From the IMG/VR virus record IMGVR_UViG_3300036820_000004, positions 32,001 to 96,000 of that record: a DNA stretch of 64,000 bases. The stretch is one strand, 5' to 3'. Below, piece after piece: positions 26,289 through 34,453 of the stretch. Position numbers and translations under genes: made by a program. Below the pieces are notes generated by a model, which worked only from the letters and a program-made list of their open reading frames with translations, was not told the origin of the DNA and ran no database searches. Position 1 is the first letter of the stretch. Each line of letters opens with the position of its first letter. This DNA comes from a virus.

Positions 26289-29200
26289 ATGGCCTCCCCT
26301 TCGGCCATCCTCGCAGCGAGCAAATCCATGCCCGGCGGGGGCCGGCCGAACCCGGGCCCCCAGCAGCAGCAAGGCCCTTACATCGGCCGCATGTCCCCGC
26401 TGGTGCAGCAACTCAACAATGAGCATGGATATGCGAATACGTATGGCGGCTTTTTGCCGAGGCCGCCGCAGACGTTTACCGATGGCGCATTCAGCCCGTT
26501 CTCGCCGATCATGCCGGTGCCGATTGATGCGCCACCACCTGGCTTCGAGCGGCCAGAACCCCGGCGATTCGCCTACGAGGTAGGTTACAACCTTCCTATC
26601 GGCGACCCGGGCACTGAGGGCGGCTACAAGCTCGCCCCGTTCTCGGTGCTCAAGTCGCTGTCGAAGAACTACTCGATCGCGCGGCGCTGCATCCAGCTAG
26701 TGAAAAAGGAAGTCTGCGGCCTGGACTGGGACATCACCCTCACCTCCCACGCGGAGAAGGCCTACCAGGGTGACCATGAGGCGCAGCGGGACTTCGGGGA
26801 ACGGCGCGCGAAGGCGATGCGGTTTTTCCGCAAGCCGGACCCGAACTACTTCGACTTCACGTCGTGGATGTCGGCGATGCTGGAGCAGATCCTCACCATC
26901 GACGCCCTGAGCTTGTACCTGTGCCCGAAGAAGGGCACCGGGATGGGCCGGGGCCTGCTCGGCTCGGACCTGGACGGCTTGTGGTGCATCGACGGGGCGA
27001 CGATCCGGCCGCTGCTGAACCTGCACGGCGGCATGCCCGTCCCCCCCGCGCCCGCCTACCAGCAGTACGAGTACGGCGTGCCCCGCGCTGATTTCACGAC
27101 GGTGATGGCCGGCCTGGACCTGCCCGAGATCGCCGGCGGGGAACGCGGGGCTTACCGCGGCGACCAGCTGGTCTACCTGCCGATGTGCCCGTTCCCTGAC
27201 TCGCCGTACGGGTTCTCCCCGACCGAGCAGGCGCTGGTCCCGATCCTGACCGGGCTCCGCAAGCAGGGCTACCAGCTGGAGTTCTTCACCGAGGGCACCG
27301 TGCCCGCGGTTTATATTTCACCAGGCGATACATCCATGACTCCCAATCAGGTAAGGGAGCTTCAGGATGCATTGAATGCGGTCGCGAACGACCAGGCATT
27401 TCATTGGAAAGTCATTGTTTTGCCGCCTGGAAGCAAAACAATGCCACAAAAGCCTAATGATATTGTCGACCAGAGCGACGAGTGGATCGCCAACGAGGTC
27501 TGCATGATGTACGGCGTCTCCCCCATGGACGTCGGCATCCTCCCCAAGGTGTCCACCGTGGCCAGCCCGTTCGCGGCGCGGGAAATGGCGCAGGCCAGCC
27601 GCACCAACCAGGAGAAGACCGACACCACGCCGCTGCTGAAGTTCATCGCCTCGATCCCGAACTTCATCCTCCAGATCGTGTGCGACCAGCCGGACATGGA
27701 GTTCTCGTTCGAGGGCATGCGCGAGGTCCAGGACGAGGCGGCGCTGACCGACACCTACGTCAAGCAGGCGCAGATCGGTGTCCGGTCGGTCGACGAGTTC
27801 CGCGACAAGATCGGCCTGCCGCCGTGGGGCCTGGACGAGACGAGCGGCCCGCTGGTGTTCACGCCGATGGGACCGATCCCCCTGTCGGAGGCCGTGTCGA
27901 TCGCGCAGGCGCAGGCACAGGCCAAGGCACTGCCGCCCGGGTCGTCCGGCGCCAAAAAGCCCGCGGTGACCGCGAAGCCGCTGCCGTCCGGCACCGTCAC
28001 CGGGCGGCAGCGCGCCCGCGGCGGTGCCGCGCTCACCCCGGCGCACGCCGCGTCCGAAGGGTTCATGCCCGAACGGTCGGCCAAGAAGCCCTCGGCGGGC
28101 CCGGCTCACGCCCAGGCGTCAGTTAAGGCGACGCTGGCCGAACTGGAGGCCCTGACCCGGCACCTGCGCAAGGGACGCCTGATCTCCACATGGGAAGCCC
28201 GGCATCTCGAGCCCCGCGCGCTGTCGCTGATCGCCGAGCAGATGGCGAAGGGCATGGACGCCGAGCAGGCCGCGGGCCTGGTGAAGACCATCGTCCTGCC
28301 GCCCGCGTCCTACCAGTGGGCAGAGAAGGCCCGGCACGAGCAGTCCCCGCAGGCTCAGATCCAGGCGCAGCAACTGGCCCTGGAGCAGGAGTACACGCGG
28401 CGGATCGAGGCCGCGTTCGCGTCCGCTGCCGCCGCGGCGGCGAAACTCATCGCCGCGTGGGGCGCGGGCACTCTCGCCGTGACTACCGCGGTCCTCGCCG
28501 GGCTCATCGCCGCCGAGTTGCGCAAGGCGCTGACGGCAGCGCTGAGCGGCCTGTGGGCCGACGCGTGGGCGCACGGCGAAGCCGAAGCAGGCGGATCCGC
28601 TGGCGGGGCGCTGGAAGCGTTCCTCGGCACCGTCGGCCGGCAGGTGCAGGAGTGGGTCAGCGAAACCAACGTCGCCGCCATCATCGCCGACCTGCGGGAC
28701 CTGGCCGGCCTGAAACGCAAGGCCCTGATCGCCGCGCTGCTGCGACTCCTCAAGGCAGATGAGCGGGCCGAACTCATCGCTGTCACCGAGCTGATGCGCG
28801 CCTGGAACCAGGCCGTTCTCGCCGTCTGGAAGCTGCTCGGGGTCACCTATAAGGGCTGGCAGACCCGCAACGACGCCAAGGTGTGTTTCCCCGCAGGTAC
28901 GCCCGTGGCGACGCCGACTGGCGAAGTGCCGATCGAGCGGCTAAAGCCCGGGGATCTCGTCATCACGCCAGAGGGGCAGCGTCCCGTCATTGCCACCATG
29001 GAGCGCCTGTACACAGGTGGCCTTACGGTGATTCAGGCGGAAGGCCGGACGGTCACGGCGACTGACAATCACCGGTTCATGACCACCAACGGCTGGCGCA
29101 AGGCTGCCGACCTCAAGCCCGGGGACCTCCTCAAGTCGCTTGAGGACGAGTCGGCAGAGATTGGCAGCGTCGTTCACTTCTCGCTCGCCCAGCCGGATGA

Positions 29201-31529
29201 CGTGCCAGCCGAGGCGGCCAAGTTCCGCATCGCGGATGGCGTCCTTGGCCGCAGTCCGCTGGTGCCAGTACTCGCCGTCGGCCTCAATGGCGACGGCGAG
29301 ACTGGTGAGCGCGAAGTCGATCGTCCAGCGGCTCACGTCAAGTTCGGGCGTGAACTCAAGGCGCAGCAGGGTGAGCGCCTGACGGACGCGGAACTCCAGC
29401 ATGGTCTCGCCCGTAAACTTGCGGTAGCAACTGCGGGAGCAGAACTGCCGATCGGCAGCGGCAAGGCCCGGCTGCGTGCGGAAGGTGACACTGCACGTCT
29501 TGCAGGTGAGGTAGACCGGTGGCCGGCGGCATTCCTCGGAACAGAACCGCCTGTTGAGATGCTTCTCAGCCCGGAAACGCGTTCCGCAGCGGTCACAGTC
29601 GACGTACTTGGTCTCGGCAGTGGTACATGCCCGCGAGCACGTCCTGTAGCGCTCGGCGGTGGACTGGCTGACGGTGAAGTCCTTGCCGCAGACAATGCAG
29701 GTCTTCGTGACCTTGCAACTGTCCTCGTAGCACGCCCGGGAGCAGTGGATCTTGGTCTTGTTATTGAGCCTGCCGGGGCGGAAGACGATGCCGCAGCCCG
29801 GGCAAGTGCGTTCGGCGTGGACGCGCGTAGCGGTGTGATAGCACTCGTTGGAGCAGAAGACTCGGGGGCTCCGGGTGCGCTGAGCACGCACGACGATTTT
29901 GCTGCACTGGGCGCATTGGTAAGTGAATGGCACGGACAGGCTTCCCCCATTCAAGCCATTATCGTTAATCACCCGCTTACAGTTTACAATGTCAGCGTTG
30001 AAACGGAGCCCGTTTACTACGCGAGTCGCTTCCTAGTTCACAATTGCGGGGAATGCAAGGCCAACCAGGCGGCCGGCTCCATTCCCGTCGGTGCGCGTTT
30101 CCCCAGCGGCGACCTGATGCCGCCAGGACATCCGCGCTGCCGGTGTCATGCGACCGCGCCCCCGCCCGGCTGGACACCCCCGGTCACGGCCGCGAACAAG
30201 AAGCGCAAGCGGGGCGTGAACCTGGACGGCGAAGTCGTTCTGGCCGACGCCAAGCCCGGAGACGAGAACCCTGCCGGCGGAGGTGGCCGCACCCTTTACC
30301 CGCACCGCCCTGACGGAACCGAGGTACCCGGGGGTGTTCCCGGCGCGTCTGCGGGAGGGGAGCCGCCGCGCTGGGACGCCTCCACCCCGGAACGCCGCGG
30401 CTACGTCAACACCTACGGCGAGGACGACGGCGACTGGCCTGAGCATGTCCGCGAGGTCGCGCCCAGGCCGGATCAGGACTACCCGGACGGCGGCGGCGAA
30501 GACGAGGACCTGTGGCCGGAAGGCGGCCACGGCACCGCCCAGCCCCCGGTGACGTCGATCGGCGGCGGACCGCGCGGCCGGGCACCAAACGCGGTGGGCA
30601 AGGCCGCCGACGCTGCGGCACAGTTCCTGAAGGACGCGCCGAAGGCCAAGGCCAGCGCGGTGCGCAAGCTCATGCAGGAGAACTTCCCGCCGGACGCCCT
30701 CGCCTGGGTAGGTCGCGCCACATGGGTGGGCCCCGTTGAGATCCCGCTGGAACTCATGGACCTGTCCGGCCGGAAGGGGTGGGCGGCGAGCCACCAGCAG
30801 GGCCACGTCAAGGCCATCGCCCGCGACCTGAAGGCCGGCCGGAAAGTCAACGAGATCATCGGCGTGCTGCGCCCGGGTCACAACCACGTCCGCCTTGTTG
30901 ACGGCAGGCATCGCACCCTGGCCTGCGAGAAGAACAAGATGCCGGTCCGCGGCTACGTCGGGTTCCTGGACCGCGACTCCGACCTGGAAGCGGCGTATGA
31001 CACCTACCACCAGCAGCATCACTTCGGGGACAGCCCGAAGAACAAGGCCGCAGGCTACGACCTGAGCCCGCGGTCGGGCATGATCTCCCTGGACCTGCCG
31101 GAAGGCCTCATCCAGCCGGTGCCCGGCGGCGTGGACGACCACCACGTGACGGTCGCCTACCTCGGCAAGGATGTGGACGATAGGGAGCTGGATATTGTGC
31201 TGGCGCAGGCACGCACCGCGGCCCGGCATGCTCCGGGCCCGCTGGCCGGGATGCTGTCCGGCATCGGCTCATTCCCGCCGTCCGATGGCAGTGACGGCAT
31301 GGTGCCCGCGTTCGTCCCGGCCCGCATCCCCGGCGCGGAGAAGCTCCGCGCCGACCTTGAGCACCTGTCGGCCAGCGAGCACAAGGACTGGGCGCCGCAC
31401 GTCACCCTCGCCTACCTGCAGCCGGGTGAGCCGCTCCCGGCGCCGCATCCCCCGGTGCCGGTGACGTTCACCCACCTGTCAGTGCACCGGGGCGATGAGG
31501 TGTACCGGTTCCCGCTGGGTGGCGAGTGA
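26289..31529 (+). CDS. portal protein fused to MuF head-morphogenesis domain (intein-split), ParB-like domain and 2H-phosphoesterase
   Basis: RBS GGAGG; portal motifs IDGATIRP, SPYGFSP.E, F.EG.VP, DEFR..IGLPP; MuF W.T.ND.KV|C.EC...FPSG...PP.HPRCRC; LVDGRHR; HHVT...PHVT. Confidence 0.9.
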   Translation: MASPSAILAASKSMPGGGRPNPGPQQQQGPYIGRMSPLVQQLNNEHGYANTYGGFLPRPPQTFTDGAFSPFSPIMPVPIDAPPPGFERPEPRRFAYEVGYNLPIGDPGTEGGYKLAPFSVLKSLSKNYSIARRCIQLVKKEVCGLDWDITLTSHAEKAYQGDHEAQRDFGERRAKAMRFFRKPDPNYFDFTSWMSAMLEQILTIDALSLYLCPKKGTGMGRGLLGSDLDGLWCIDGATIRPLLNLHGGMPVPPAPAYQQYEYGVPRADFTTVMAGLDLPEIAGGERGAYRGDQLVYLPMCPFPDSPYGFSPTEQALVPILTGLRKQGYQLEFFTEGTVPAVYISPGDTSMTPNQVRELQDALNAVANDQAFHWKVIVLPPGSKTMPQKPNDIVDQSDEWIANEVCMMYGVSPMDVGILPKVSTVASPFAAREMAQASRTNQEKTDTTPLLKFIASIPNFILQIVCDQPDMEFSFEGMREVQDEAALTDTYVKQAQIGVRSVDEFRDKIGLPPWGLDETSGPLVFTPMGPIPLSEAVSIAQAQAQAKALPPGSSGAKKPAVTAKPLPSGTVTGRQRARGGAALTPAHAASEGFMPERSAKKPSAGPAHAQASVKATLAELEALTRHLRKGRLISTWEARHLEPRALSLIAEQMAKGMDAEQAAGLVKTIVLPPASYQWAEKARHEQSPQAQIQAQQLALEQEYTRRIEAAFASAAAAAAKLIAAWGAGTLAVTTAVLAGLIAAELRKALTAALSGLWADAWAHGEAEAGGSAGGALEAFLGTVGRQVQEWVSETNVAAIIADLRDLAGLKRKALIAALLRLLKADERAELIAVTELMRAWNQAVLAVWKLLGVTYKGWQTRNDAKVCFPAGTPVATPTGEVPIERLKPGDLVITPEGQRPVIATMERLYTGGLTVIQAEGRTVTATDNHRFMTTNGWRKAADLKPGDLLKSLEDESAEIGSVVHFSLAQPDDVPAEAAKFRIADGVLGRSPLVPVLAVGLNGDGETGEREVDRPAAHVKFGRELKAQQGERLTDAELQHGLARKLAVATAGAELPIGSGKARLRAEGDTARLAGEVDRWPAAFLGTEPPVEMLLSPETRSAAVTVDVLGLGSGTCPRARPVALGGGLADGEVLAADNAGLRDLATVLVARPGAVDLGLVIEPAGAEDDAAARASAFGVDARSGVIALVGAEDSGAPGALSTHDDFAALGALVSEWHGQASPIQAIIVNHPLTVYNVSVETEPVYYASRFLVHNCGECKANQAAGSIPVGARFPSGDLMPPGHPRCRCHATAPPPGWTPPVTAANKKRKRGVNLDGEVVLADAKPGDENPAGGGGRTLYPHRPDGTEVPGGVPGASAGGEPPRWDASTPERRGYVNTYGEDDGDWPEHVREVAPRPDQDYPDGGGEDEDLWPEGGHGTAQPPVTSIGGGPRGRAPNAVGKAADAAAQFLKDAPKAKASAVRKLMQENFPPDALAWVGRATWVGPVEIPLELMDLSGRKGWAASHQQGHVKAIARDLKAGRKVNEIIGVLRPGHNHVRLVDGRHRTLACEKNKMPVRGYVGFLDRDSDLEAAYDTYHQQHHFGDSPKNKAAGYDLSPRSGMISLDLPEGLIQPVPGGVDDHHVTVAYLGKDVDDRELDIVLAQARTAARHAPGPLAGMLSGIGSFPPSDGSDGMVPAFVPARIPGAEKLRADLEHLSASEHKDWAPHVTLAYLQPGEPLPAPHPPVPVTFTHLSVHRGDEVYRFPLGGE
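28884..30044 (+). mobile_element. intein (387 aa) in MuF Zn motif, no in-frame endonuclease
   Basis: Starts CFPAGTPV; block B TATDNHRF; GW..A.DL.PGD; block F VYNVSVE; ends LVHN|C. Confidence 0.9.
28941..29933 (-). CDS. Zn-finger-repeat DUF559/Vsr-like endonuclease, antisense inside the intein
   Basis: Five CxxC...CSxxC units, then E...IDF...VAIEADGEYWH...D..RD..L...GW.VIR; SD-like GGGGGAAG 7 nt before GTG 29933. Confidence 0.85.
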   Translation of the reverse strand: MPFTYQCAQCSKIVVRAQRTRSPRVFCSNECYHTATRVHAERTCPGCGIVFRPGRLNNKTKIHCSRACYEDSCKVTKTCIVCGKDFTVSQSTAERYRTCSRACTTAETKYVDCDRCGTRFRAEKHLNRRFCSEECRRPPVYLTCKTCSVTFRTQPGLAAADRQFCSRSCYRKFTGETMLEFRVRQALTLLRLEFTPELDVSRWTIDFALTSLAVAIEADGEYWHQRTAAKDAIRDAELGRLGWHVIRLGEREVNDAANLCRLVLKRLEEVPGLEVGSLAPAVGGHEPVIVSRRDRPAFRLNHRKATCVQALHGGNDGTLPLWRDDEIPGL

Positions 31530-31840
31530 TGCTGGCTGATCCGGATCGGCCATGCCTGCACGGGAACTTCAGGGCCGGTGTTGAGGTCAACCGCCTCAGC
31601 GACACCGAGAATGGCCCGGTCACGGGCTACGCGGCCGATATCAAGGTCTGGTGCGATGACTGCGGCGAGCCATTTCGCTGGATCGGAGTGCAGGCCGGCC
31701 TTGACCCGCGCAGGCCGATGTGTTCCGTGGACGAGACGGAACTTCGAGCACCGCTGCGGCCTGCATCCGCAGACCCGGACTTCGGTTTGGGCATCCCCGG
31801 CTTCGCGGTGACATGGCGCGAGGGTTCCGGCAATGGCTAG
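31529..31840 (+). CDS. hypothetical Cys-containing protein
   Basis: Coupled to the portal stop; C.H...C..CG.PF motif. Confidence 0.6.
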   Translation: MLADPDRPCLHGNFRAGVEVNRLSDTENGPVTGYAADIKVWCDDCGEPFRWIGVQAGLDPRRPMCSVDETELRAPLRPASADPDFGLGIPGFAVTWREGSGNG

Positions 31841-32189
31841 CCGGGTCACCCTCACCGCAGCCGAGCTAGCCGGGCTGGGCAAGTCGGCCGAGACCCCGGT
31901 CGTTTCCACGGTGCATCACCCGCTCGGCACTCACGGGCTCTGGCACACGCCCGGCAAGAAGGTGCCGGAGATGCAGCAACTCCCGGCGTATCACCAGAAC
32001 ACAGCGCGGGCGCTCATGCGCGACGAAGGCATGAGCGAGTCGCAGGCCATAGCGACTGCGATCAACGCCATCCGCGAATGGAAGGCAGGCCGCGCGTTCG
32101 GCGGCCGGGTGAAGGTGACACCGGAAGTGCAGGCCGCCGCGGCACGGGCCGACGCCGAGTTCGAACGGCTGCGTGCCGCCCATCACTGA
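31833..32189 (+). CDS. putative head-associated protein
   Basis: LPAY.QN.A.AL....MSESQAIATA motif; located between portal and protease. Confidence 0.6.
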   Translation: MASRVTLTAAELAGLGKSAETPVVSTVHHPLGTHGLWHTPGKKVPEMQQLPAYHQNTARALMRDEGMSESQAIATAINAIREWKAGRAFGGRVKVTPEVQAAAARADAEFERLRAAHH

Positions 32190-32199
32190 GGAGGATCCT

Positions 32200-32421
32200 T
32201 TGGACTTCGGAGACGCGATCAGGGCGCTCAGGGCCGGCCAGCGGGTCACCCGCGCCGGGTGGAACGGCAAGAACATGTGGCTTGCGCTGCAGGTGCCGGA
32301 CGCCAACTCCAAGATGACACTGCCTTACATCTACATGAGCACTGTCGCGGGAGATCTGGTGCCCTGGCTGGCCAGCCAGACGGACATGCTCGCCGAGGAC
32401 TGGGAACTCGCCCCGGCGTGA
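32200..32421 (+). CDS. DUF2829 / Tad2-like protein
   Basis: RBS GAGGAGG with TTG start; DFG.A...L..G..V.R.GWNGK.MWL...PY.......VPWLASQTDMLAEDW. Confidence 0.85.
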   Translation: MDFGDAIRALRAGQRVTRAGWNGKNMWLALQVPDANSKMTLPYIYMSTVAGDLVPWLASQTDMLAEDWELAPA

Positions 32422-32720
32422 GCAAGAAACACGGCGCCAAGCGCAAGCACCGTAAGAAGGCCGCCAAGCGCGTCCTGTGCGCCTCCTGCCGTCAGCCCGT
32501 CGACGAGCCCTGGGGCCTGCTCGCCTCCCTCGCCGCAGCCTTGAACGCCTGCGAGGACGCCGGGTACAAGGTGGTCCTCACCGGCTGGCAGGCCATCCAC
32601 ACCAAACGCGGCTACGTGCTGCGCCTGAAAGATCGCAGGTGGGCGGCAAGGACCCAGGACTACGAGCCGTTCCCGGTCGCAGCCGGGGATGACGTGCTCG
32701 GCGACGGGATGGACGACTGA
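32418..32720 (+). CDS. hypothetical protein (paralog of 33570-33950)
   Basis: GTGA coupling; L.AALN...DAG..V motif. Confidence 0.55.
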   Translation: MSKKHGAKRKHRKKAAKRVLCASCRQPVDEPWGLLASLAAALNACEDAGYKVVLTGWQAIHTKRGYVLRLKDRRWAARTQDYEPFPVAAGDDVLGDGMDD

Positions 32721-32722
32721 GG

Positions 32723-33013
32723 TCAATTCCAGCGTGCAAGCGCCGCGCGGGAAGTGCTCTCATCCTTGAGCAGGCCGTGCTCACAAGCTGGCCCGACGCT
32801 TACCTTCGCATCGCTGCCATCTGCCGCAACGGCCCAGAGATGAGGACCGCCCGGCAGCAGGCCGTGCGGGAATGAGAGCACCTGATGACATGCAAGAGCG
32901 AATCCGCTGCGGGACGTGACAGTCGGCGAATCGCCCACGTAAACGAAGGCCTCTGCGTCATTCCGGATACCGAGATCATCACAGCCGCAAACCGGGCAGG
33001 GTTGGCACATCAC
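32723..33013 (-). CDS. hypothetical protein
   Basis: PCPVCG...RAALARWN (Lar-like ends); coupled to upstream ORF. Confidence 0.45.
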   Translation of the reverse strand: MMCQPCPVCGCDDLGIRNDAEAFVYVGDSPTVTSRSGFALACHQVLSFPHGLLPGGPHLWAVAADGSDAKVSVGPACEHGLLKDESTSRAALARWN

Positions 33014-33366
33014 GCTTCCAAGGATGCCCGGTCATCCCTCCGCTTGTTTCGGATGTGCAGGTTGTACCGGGGATTCGCCGAGAACGACAACCGCAGCGAC
33101 GGCACCCCGGCCATGAGCCCCCGGAACCCCCCGCCGGACGGCAGGCCGAGCCCGGTGGTGCGGATCACCTGCGCCGAGAGGGATTCCGGGTCATTCATCT
33201 GCCAGTCCTGCGGCTCGCGGGCCTCGTACTCCTTCACTGTCCCGTCGGCCCGTTCCACGACCACCAGAACCCGGGTCACCCTGTCTGCGTCCTCGTCCTC
33301 GTAGCGGATGTCCGCCGATTGCGGGGCCGGTACCAGCACGCCTTCAACTGCCTCTGATTCGCTCAT
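33010..33366 (-). CDS. hypothetical protein
   Basis: ATGA coupling in a three-gene antisense block. Confidence 0.55.
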   Translation of the reverse strand: MSESEAVEGVLVPAPQSADIRYEDEDADRVTRVLVVVERADGTVKEYEAREPQDWQMNDPESLSAQVIRTTGLGLPSGGGFRGLMAGVPSLRLSFSANPRYNLHIRNKRRDDRASLEA

Positions 33367-33560
33367 TCACGCTCCCGGAGCATCGCTTCTATGTCGGCGG
33401 CTAGTTGTTCGCCGCACTGTTCCACTTTGCCGCCGTCCCCGCTGAACGCCACGAAATGGTATGCGCCCTCAAGGTCCGGGCCACTGTAAACGTTCCAGCC
33501 GATAGCGCCGTCAGGTAGCGGCGGTAGCGCCTCAAGCGGCCATGGCTCGGTCTCGCTCAT
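33363..33560 (-). CDS. hypothetical protein
   Basis: First gene of the antisense block. Confidence 0.5.
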   Translation of the reverse strand: MSETEPWPLEALPPLPDGAIGWNVYSGPDLEGAYHFVAFSGDGGKVEQCGEQLAADIEAMLRERE

Positions 33561-33569
33561 CCGCCAAGG

Positions 33570-33950
33570 ATGCCACGGGAGGTACCCGTGTACGTGGGTC
33601 CGGTCAGCGTCGCCCCGTTCTGCCTTGACTGCGGCCGGGTGCTTTCCCGCTGCCCGTGCCCTGAGTCAACTCCAAGTCCCAGCCCTCCGGCTAGGACTTC
33701 GCTTGGAGGTGCGGCCGTGTTCCTGGACGGCGAGCGCGAGGAACTTCTCGATGACCTGATGGCCGCCCTGAACCGTCTCGCCGACGCGGGCTGCCCGGTT
33801 ACCGTCAAAGACGGCCGGCTGGACTCCCGCGCCGGGATGGTCGTTCCCTCGCCGCGGGGCCGGTGGACTTCCCGTCCCCTGATCCCGTCGTTCGCTTCCC
33901 GCCCGTGGCCTCCGGTGCTGTCCGAGCACCTGGACGAGGACGGCTGGTGA
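33570..33950 (+). CDS. hypothetical protein (paralog of 32418-32720)
   Basis: CxxC then L.AALN..ADAG..V...R.G.V......W; start uncertain. Confidence 0.55.
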   Translation: MPREVPVYVGPVSVAPFCLDCGRVLSRCPCPESTPSPSPPARTSLGGAAVFLDGEREELLDDLMAALNRLADAGCPVTVKDGRLDSRAGMVVPSPRGRWTSRPLIPSFASRPWPPVLSEHLDEDGW

Positions 33951-34420
33951 CCGCAGGCTGCGCCCGCTGCGGCGAATGCTGCACGCACATCTGGCTGAAC
34001 GCCGACCCGCGTCCCTACTCCACGGGCGCCCTTGACGGCGTACCCGATCCCGGCACCGAGGTCGGCTGGGCTTACTGGCTTGAGCACAGCCGCTACCGCG
34101 AGGCAGACCGTGACGATGCCATCCGCCGCTACAACCCGGACGGCAGCATGCGCGCCAATGCGGACTTCGTAGCTGCGCACTGGGCAGAGACCTGCGACGG
34201 TCACTGGACCTGCGACGCCTACGACCCCGAGCACGCCACCTGCACCGCGCATGAGAACCGGCCGCCGCTCTGCCGCGACTATCCCTGGTACGGCGAGGAA
34301 CCCGACCCGGAACGCGCGGACCACATGTACCGCCAATGCTCCTACCTCGCCGACCTGCCGCCCGACAAACGCCCCGATGACGCACGCCCGCTTATCCCGC
34401 TAGCCGTCATCTCGCACTGA
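33947..34420 (+). CDS. YkgJ-like cysteine-cluster (CxxCxxCC) protein
   Basis: CARCGECC...C..YD.....C..HENRPPLCRDYP. Confidence 0.75.
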   Translation: MTAGCARCGECCTHIWLNADPRPYSTGALDGVPDPGTEVGWAYWLEHSRYREADRDDAIRRYNPDGSMRANADFVAAHWAETCDGHWTCDAYDPEHATCTAHENRPPLCRDYPWYGEEPDPERADHMYRQCSYLADLPPDKRPDDARPLIPLAVISH

Positions 34421-34453
34421 CCTTCCCGAATATCTTCCGGAAATTGGAGCCGT

